A DNA stretch of 58,056 bases, counting the filler, from an uncultured virus (IMG/VR IMGVR_UViG_2049941000_000247) (taxonomy: Duplodnaviria; Heunggongvirae; Uroviricota; Caudoviricetes). It is 7 parts of one record of this genome, joined end to end, with 100 filler letters (N's around TTAATTAATTAA, not from the genome) between each part and the next. Parts side by side here need not be neighbours in the genome. Positions count along the whole stretch, not along the records: positions 3,915 to 26,382 come from IMGVR_UViG_2049941000_000247; 6 more parts are not named here. One strand, 5' to 3'. A model generated the notes under the pieces. The model was not told the DNA's origin, did not search any database, and saw nothing but the letters and a program-made list of their open reading frames with translations. A program made the translations under genes and the position numbers. Positions 10,823-16,857 of the stretch are shown here, piece after piece. The first letter of the stretch is position 1. Every line of letters begins with the position of its first letter.

Positions 10823-12014
10823 ATGGTTTATATCGTCACAAAACAGCCGCCGCAGTATCACCAGATGACGCTGGAAGAGCTTCTCTTTTCCACGGATTAC
10901 GTCCGGACCATGCTTAATCCGAATCTGACGAACACGAGGACGGACACGGTTTTTCGTCCGAGTCAGCAGGTCATCAGTAGGATCAGCGTGCGGGAGCTCG
11001 TCGCCAAGCTGATCGACTACAACGAGCGCGTGGACGCTCTTCGGTCGGTGTCGCGCAAGTCTCTGTACTCGGAGTTTTACATCCCGAAAAGCTCAGGCGG
11101 GCTTCGTAAGATCGACGCGCCGCTCCCGGATCTCATGGACGCCCNNNNNNNNNNGAAGCCTCAAGACGATGCTTGAGACTGATTTCAATCCGTTCGGCGT
11201 CATGTATCATACGTCGGCTTTCGCCTATATCAGGGGTCGTTCCACCATCGACGCGGTCAAGCGTCATCAGGCGAACGAGAGCAAGTGGTACGCCAAGTTT
11301 GACTTGTCCAATTTTTTCGGCAGCACCACGCTTGAGTTCGTGATGAAGATGATGTCCATGATCTTCCCGTTTTCTGAGGTCATGAGGAGCGATATCGGGA
11401 AGAAAGAGCTGGAAAAAGCGCTTGAGCTGGCTTTTCTGGACGGCGGTCTTCCCCAGGGTACGCCAATCAGTCCACTCATCACCAATATCATGATGATCCC
11501 GGTGGATTTTCAGCTCTCAAAGGACTTCAGGAAGTTTCGCGGAGCAGGACGCACGGCAAAGAACGAGAGCATGCCGCAGCGTTTCATCTACACGCGCTAT
11601 GCCGACGATTTCATCATCTCTTCGCGGTATGAGTTTGCATTCCGTGCCATTGAGAATCATATCCGGGAGGTGCTCGCGTCTTTTGATGCGCCGTTCACCG
11701 TCAAGCCGGAGAAAACGCGCTACGGGTCCTCCGCAGGTGCGAACTGGAACCTCGGAGTCATGATCAATGCGGATAATCAGATCACCGTCGGCTATAAGCG
11801 CAAGCGGGAATTCAAGGCCATGCTCACGTCATACATCCTGGACAAACAGCGCGGCGTGCGATGGGAGAAGAACGATATCCAGGTGCTGGACGGCTACCGG
11901 AACTATTATCGTATGGTCGAGAAGGATACCATCGACGACATCATTCGTCATCTTGACGAAAAATTCAAGTCCAATGTAGTAAAAATGATAAAAGAAGATT
12001 TGAAAGCAGCATAA
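10823..12014 (+). CDS. Retron-like reverse transcriptase (~395 aa; split in ORF track only by gap at 11145-11153)
   Basis: FYIPKSSGGLRKIDAP, AFAYIRGRS, DAVKRH, KFDLSNFF, LPQGTPISP, YTRYADD, WNLGV; strong RBS. Confidence 0.93.
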
Positions 12015-12015
12015 A

Positions 12016-12364
12016 TTGATTTTCTGTAATGCTATTTGTCCGTGGTTTTTTGATCACAGGCAGCCCTTGCTGTCAGCGAGGGTGACACATTGTGCAGATG
12101 TGACACGCACCCAGAAGGAGGTGGCGCCCGCATGCGAGCCCATCGCTTGCGCCTGCGTGCAGGGCTCTTATCCGCTAACGCCCTGGAAAACGCATTTTCA
12201 GCACATTATTCAATGTCCTTTCTGCACGATTTTCACATTATTCTACCGTGCCCGACTGAACTTCGCTCCCGGCAGCCAGTCTATCTTGGTTCGGGATGTC
12301 GTCCCGACGCCTTCCGCCGGCCCGCGTTTGATAAGTTCCGAGCATGTTGATTACAGAAAGTCAA
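12016..12364 (+). ncRNA. Retron-like msr-msd ncRNA, unit 2
   Basis: Terminal IR TTGATTTTCTGTAAT/ATTACAGAAAGTCAA (15 bp, one G-U); 30/34 nt core identity with unit 1; shared ATGTTGATTACAG. Confidence 0.85.
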
Positions 12365-12382
12365 AATGATAAGGAGGTTTTT

Positions 12383-12630
12383 ATGGTAAGCAGAGACGAA
12401 TTGTACGCCGGCATACAGGTGCGCATCATCGACAGCTGGGACGAACTCCCAGAGCTTGACCACTGGGAAGCGCCAGGCAACGAAATGGATCACTGGCTCG
12501 GCACGGTCATGACGGNNNNNNNNNNTGGAAGGAGAACGGGTTCGCTGAGATCGTCGGCGATCCGATGGATAAGTTCGACCCATCCTGCGACGGCCTTGAC
12601 GCTCTTCTCGGTCTGGAGGCGATTTCCTGA
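12383..12630 (+). CDS. SH3/KOW-like paralog 3 (gapped)
   Basis: LYAGIQVRIIDSWDE...MDHWLGTVMT; tail FDPSCDGLDALLG. Confidence 0.75.
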
Positions 12631-12923
12631 TGCTGATCCCGTCGTTTGTGGAAATCGTATCCGGCGATTTCTCCGAGGAAGAGATCGATCAATATATAAA
12701 GCGTATCAGACAGAAACATGGCGGCGCTGACATCAGGAGAATGACTTTGACCGCTGTTGATGAAAATGGAGAGCATTTCGTGGACGTGAGCTACGAGCTG
12801 ATGCCGGTAAAGTTCGAGCGTATCCGGCGTATCACAGGCTACCTTGTCGGCTCTTTGGACAGATTCAACGACGCCAAGAAAAGCGAGGTATCCGACCGCG
12901 TCAGTCATACTGCGTCGAAGTAA
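12630..12923 (+). CDS. Stand-alone NrdD-type glycyl-radical domain protein
   Basis: 97 aa ending FERIRRITGYLVGSLDRFNDAKKSEVSDRVSH, the C-terminal glycyl-radical motif of class III RNR. Confidence 0.8.
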   Translation: MLIPSFVEIVSGDFSEEEIDQYIKRIRQKHGGADIRRMTLTAVDENGEHFVDVSYELMPVKFERIRRITGYLVGSLDRFNDAKKSEVSDRVSHTASK

Positions 12924-13034
12924 AATACAGAGATGGTGTTTTCTTAAAGGGAAAAACGCTGCGACCCGCATAAACACTGGGTTCTTTCGAGCGTTTACAA
13001 CCTGAAAAGTTGTAAATCCAAAAAAAAATAGGGG

Positions 13035-13286
13035 GTGAAAATGGTGGCTAAACAGGCTTATCCCATCGACGTCGGTCTGAGCGAATCGGAGTACGGGTAT
13101 CAGGGTCAGGTGGCATGTCCGTACTGCGGATCTCACAACACGACCGTATCCTCTTTGGATGATTTCCATGTGATGCCGACAGGTACGGGGTATCTAAGCG
13201 TGAATGCGCTGTGCTTCGACTGTGTGAAGGCTTTCACCATGTGCTATGACTTCGAATATGAACTGAAGAGGAAGTGGTTTTATTGA
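13035..13286 (+). CDS. Zinc-ribbon protein
   Basis: CPYC...CFDC. Confidence 0.65.
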   Translation: MKMVAKQAYPIDVGLSESEYGYQGQVACPYCGSHNTTVSSLDDFHVMPTGTGYLSVNALCFDCVKAFTMCYDFEYELKRKWFY

Positions 13287-13574
13287 TCCTGCCTGGAGAT
13301 CGGGTTTTTATTCCTCAATTCACTGACGAAAACCGCCCGTACTGGGCGGTAAGAGCAATGGACAGGTATTCCGGCCGCGNNNNNNNNNNCTACGATAACA
13401 AGAGTGGCGGGGAATCTAATCGGTCGTCCGGGTCCGGATGGTCTGTGTTGGTATATCGCAGAAGATGGCGCACGGTACTACTGGGCGGAGAGCTGGCTCG
13501 TCAATCTCTCGGATGGAGAGGACATCGACCTTTCGTCAGAGCCTGACATCATGTCGCTTCTCGGCGTCGTTTAA
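13274..13574 (+). CDS. SH3/KOW-like paralog 4 (gapped)
   Basis: LPGDRVFIPQF...RPYWAVRAMDRYSGR; after gap WYIAEDGARYYWAESWL...DIMSLLGVV. Confidence 0.75.
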
Positions 13575-13580
13575 GTTCAT

Positions 13581-13666
13581 GCCGGCGTGGATGGAATTGG
13601 TATACACGGCGGACTCAAAATCCGCTGGCTTTTGCCATAAGGGTTCGAGTCCCTTCGCCGGCACCA
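13581..13666 (+). tRNA. tRNA-Leu(CAA)
   Basis: GCCGGCG/CGCCGGC acceptor, GCGGA-CTCAAAA-TCCGC anticodon arm, long variable arm, GGTTCGAGTCC, encoded CCA. Confidence 0.95.
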
Positions 13667-13933
13667 TTTGAAATGGGGCGTCTTCTCACATATTTATATG
13701 AGGTTTTCATGAAGCGTAGTTCAGGTAATATAAGTACACCTGGTTTATGCTTCAGTGTATGAATACACCATATTCATATGGGGGTTTTTGCTTCAAAATC
13801 GCAAGATATGCGTATCGGGAGCGTGCGTTATAAAAAAGCAGGGACGGCAGCACGTGCTAACCGTCCAAGAGGGCGCACCTGGCGGATGCTTGAAAGTATA
13901 TTCATGGGTCGGTCCGCCGCCAATAGATCATAT

Positions 13934-14064
13934 CCGGGCTTTTGGCAATTCGTAAGCACTATCTTCAGCAGAAGTATCAGTACCAGCAGAAGCAATATTG
14001 CCCATGTTGTTTTTTTCTGCGCCGCAATCTTACGAAGCCGGTTCGATCCCGGCAGCCCGGACCA
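13934..14064 (+). ncRNA. 131-nt tRNA-like RNA lacking a normal D/anticodon arm
   Basis: CCGGGCT/AGCCCGG-A-CCA, perfect T arm GCCGG-TTCGATC-CCGGC, TTCGTAAG/CTTACGAA stem enclosing ~70 nt. Confidence 0.75.
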
Positions 14065-14452
14065 CTTGCCAACAGTAAGTCCTGATTAAATGCTGTTTTC
14101 GAGGTAAGCGCCATGTGTTGGCGTCATTTTCAGGCAATTGGCATTTCTTAGTTCCTATGTCCGACTCTGAAGCATTGATTGGCGATATGATGCTTTGGGT
14201 GAAACGCCTGTACGCCAGGCGGCTGAGCCGGACTTAGTGGAACAGAAAACCCAGACTTTCATAAAGCGCGCGGTTTTGTGGCCCGCGCGCCGCTCCTTTC
14301 AGTTCCTCCCGCAGCGCGNNNNNNNNNNCATTACAAATACCGGACACGGAAAATAGCAAACAGAGTTCCGGCGTTTCTCATAGGGCGGCTTTTGCCGTCC
14401 GATCCGCGATGCAGATTGGCAAACGCGATTAGGTTACATACGCTTGTGTGGC

Positions 14453-14767
14453 ATGTGATCGGTGCGCACTCTGCGGATGACGCATTTCCATGTTTGCCGC
14501 CCTTGCTGTCAGCGGGGGTATCACAGTACCGCCTGTGTCCTATTTTCTCACGATCAGTGAACATTTGGCTCAGGACTCCACTGGACCCTTCTCCAAATGT
14601 TTACGATCGTTTCGAAAATAAGGCCAGTGCGTAGGCGTTGTCTCGATATTGCTGCCTTCACTTAGCGCAGCAATATCTCAACAACGGATCGCGGATAAAA
14701 CAACCCGATTTTCTCCGGTAAGTACATCAAAAGTGTATTTTCTGGAGAAGATCGGGCTTTATTACAT
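14453..14767 (+). ncRNA. Retron-like msr-msd ncRNA, unit 3 (divergent)
   Basis: Core GCCCTTGCTGTCAGCGGGGGT at 14499-14519; short IR ATGTGAT/ATTACAT; three long hairpins; length similar to units 1-2. Confidence 0.7.
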
Positions 14768-14786
14768 CAAAAACGAGGTGAATGAA

Positions 14787-15038
14787 ATGGTTTTCAAGAT
14801 CGTAAGAACAAGCTCACCCTCTGCCGAACGGGAATGGCACTATCGCTTCCCGTGCGATGAAGCGTATGTCGCGTCTCACGAATATGCTTATCGTGATACA
14901 GACGGCGCCGTTTGTTACTGGAATACATACGAAGTGGAGATCGGTTCTCTGCAAGACCTTGTTGAGTTTTCCAAAAAGTATGGGGAGATCATCATCAGCG
15001 TCGACACGCTGGAGATCTACGACGATTACAGGGAGTAG
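14787..15038 (+). CDS. Hypothetical phage protein ending LEIYDDYRE
   Basis: GAGGTGA RBS; common phage C-terminal motif. Confidence 0.75.
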   Translation: MVFKIVRTSSPSAEREWHYRFPCDEAYVASHEYAYRDTDGAVCYWNTYEVEIGSLQDLVEFSKKYGEIIISVDTLEIYDDYRE

Positions 15039-15049
15039 GAGCAAAGCTA

Positions 15050-15292
15050 ATGTACTATTTTTATTGCCCGAAGTGCGGTAATGAGATGGAGGTCAATAAA
15101 ATTCCAAGAGGCTGTGTCCCCAATATCAGGGACGGGTTTGGAATGCCTATCTATCACTATCGATGCGATAGATGCTCAAACCTTGACGCTGGATATATGA
15201 CGGAGAGGGACGGCAGTGAAGAAGAGAAGTACTATTATAAACATGTTATTTCGTTGTATCAAAACGTGAGAGGCTTGGATAAAGCGGAATAA
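15050..15292 (+). CDS. Zinc-ribbon protein
   Basis: CPKC...CDRC, AGGAG RBS. Confidence 0.7.
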   Translation: MYYFYCPKCGNEMEVNKIPRGCVPNIRDGFGMPIYHYRCDRCSNLDAGYMTERDGSEEEKYYYKHVISLYQNVRGLDKAE

Positions 15293-15398
15293 GCAGACTT
15301 TCGCAGAATTCGAGTAGTGAGTATAGAGCCATATGAAACGTGCCTCATGTACGAGCGAGCATAGGAATGTACAGCCAATGTTTCGCGAGGCAGGAATT

Positions 15399-15472
15399 AG
15401 AAGTTTAGTGTAGTGGATATGCACGGCCCCCGGAAGGGGCAGGGTCAGGTTCGATTCCCGAGGCTTCGACCA
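15399..15472 (+). pseudogene. Degenerate tRNA, Pro(CGG)-like
   Basis: D arm GTGTAGTGGATATGCAC, GCCCC-CGGAA-GGGGC arm with 5-nt loop, GGTTCGATTCC, ends CGACCA. Confidence 0.55.
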
Positions 15473-15639
15473 AAAAGAAAATTCCTTAAAAGCGTGGAAT
15501 ATGAAAAAACGGTGAAAAATGATTAAAGTATGGTCAGCAGAGTAGACCGCCGGTAAGGCATGCGCAGCCAAATCCGGACGCCGTTCCCATGGGTGAAAGT
15601 CCCATGGCTCGATTCTATATAACAACTTATCTTCGATAT

Positions 15640-15787
15640 GATGCAGTGGCGGAATAGGTAGACGCGGCGATGGTCAGATGGATTCACATCTAAATATGTT
15701 CTGGTGAATGGAATCCATGGGTTCGATTCCCTCCAAGCTGATCAGACGTCGGATCATGTTGGGTGCAAATCCCAACCTGCATCACCA
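15640..15787 (+). ncRNA. 148-nt tRNA-Leu-like RNA with large structured insert replacing the anticodon loop
   Basis: GATGCAG/CTGCATC-A-CCA, Leu-type D arm TGGCGGAATAGGTAGACGC, T arm GTTGGG-TGCAAAT-CCCAAC, nested GGGTTCGATTCCC. Confidence 0.7.
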
Positions 15788-15818
15788 TAGACATAGTTTA
15801 TTTAAGGATGGTGGTTTT

Positions 15819-16229
15819 ATGGTAGACGAATTTTTGCTCTATCCCGGCGTTCGTGTTCGCATTATAGATTCATGGGATGAGATCCCGAGAAATGAGTGGT
15901 GGCACAATCTATCGGGGCTTATGGATAAATGGCTTGGTCAGATTGTCACGATTCGAAAATGTCCTGATGCCGATACAAGACACAACTTCTATCGCATAGA
16001 AGAAGATCAAGAAGACAGACCAGGAGGGGGCGGTTGGAGTTGGCGTATAGACGGGTTTGCCGAGATCATAGATGACCCATGGGATTTTGAACCAGACGGC
16101 GACATCGCTGATTTATTAGGACTGTGCGGTTTCTGCGATCCGGATCATCTGTTTATCGAGGAGGTCAGTGATGCCGATGCAGATCGTGTCCGGTCAGACT
16201 CGTTGGTATCGGACTTCGTGAGGACGTAA
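15819..16229 (+). CDS. SH3/KOW-like paralog 5
   Basis: LYPGVRVRIIDSWDE...MDKWLGQIVTI...WSWRIDGFAEI...FEPDGDIADLLG. Confidence 0.8.
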   Translation: MVDEFLLYPGVRVRIIDSWDEIPRNEWWHNLSGLMDKWLGQIVTIRKCPDADTRHNFYRIEEDQEDRPGGGGWSWRIDGFAEIIDDPWDFEPDGDIADLLGLCGFCDPDHLFIEEVSDADADRVRSDSLVSDFVRT

Positions 16230-16359
16230 AGGAGGATTTATGCCATACATAAGAAAAACGAGAGACCGCTGGGATATCATGACCGACTGGGGCTGCGGCT
16301 GGGAATGCGAATACAGTGCCTACGATATCAGGGAGGCGCGCAGCGTCCTNNNNNNNNNN

Positions 16360-16855
16360 GACCGCTACAAAAAAGATTTGCCAGATTGCAGCTTTGACTG
16401 CATTATATGTTGTTCTGAGCGCGTTTTTGAAAATCAATATCATCGGCAACATCCAGATCGATCTCGGCTATATCGCTTTTGCTGTCGCGCTGTGTGAGTT
16501 TGGTGTTTCCGGCGCGATCGTTGGCATTGTCGGGTGCGCCATTGAAAGCATTCTTTTTTCTGCATACGGGTTTTCGATCAGTTGGGTCGCTGCCAATGCA
16601 GTTATTGGTATCGGGTGCGGGTTATGGTGCGGATTGTTCAAGCGGCATGTAATTCCGCGAATTGTCAGCGTGGTGCTGTTCTCTGCGATCGGATTGCTCG
16701 GCTTAAAAACTGTTATTGAGTGTTATCTGTATTCCATTCCGTTTGCGGTAAAGATCCCGAAGAATGCTGTCGCGTTTGCAGTAGACGCGGCGGTGATGAT
16801 CGTCGGGATTTTCTTCCACGAGCTGCTGCGGAAACGAATGGGAAGTGAGGGGTAA
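16360..16855 (+). CDS. ECF transporter S-component-like membrane protein (start in gap)
   Basis: TKKICQIAALTALYVVL, DLGY, FG..GAIVGIVG; about six hydrophobic helices. Confidence 0.8.
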
Positions 16856-16857
16856 AA

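Noticed and set aside
10778..12014. Split or frameshifted RT
   Set aside because: The frame change coincides with the N gap at 11145-11153; motifs are continuous
12016..12369. ORFs over U1, U2 and U3 (10470, 10478, 12016, 12090, 14278)
   Set aside because: No RBS, atypical composition, and substitutions conserve base pairing rather than codons
13923..14005. Minus-strand mini-ORF MGNIASAGTDTSAEDSAYELPKARI inside the tRNA-like RNA
   Set aside because: No Shine-Dalgarno; the plus-strand RNA structure explains the sequence better
10471..14767. DGR, group II intron or CRISPR array as explanation of the RT and repeats
   Set aside because: No adenine-specific TR/VR pair or avd seen, no maturase domain or domain V seen, no regularly spaced repeats or cas1/cas2
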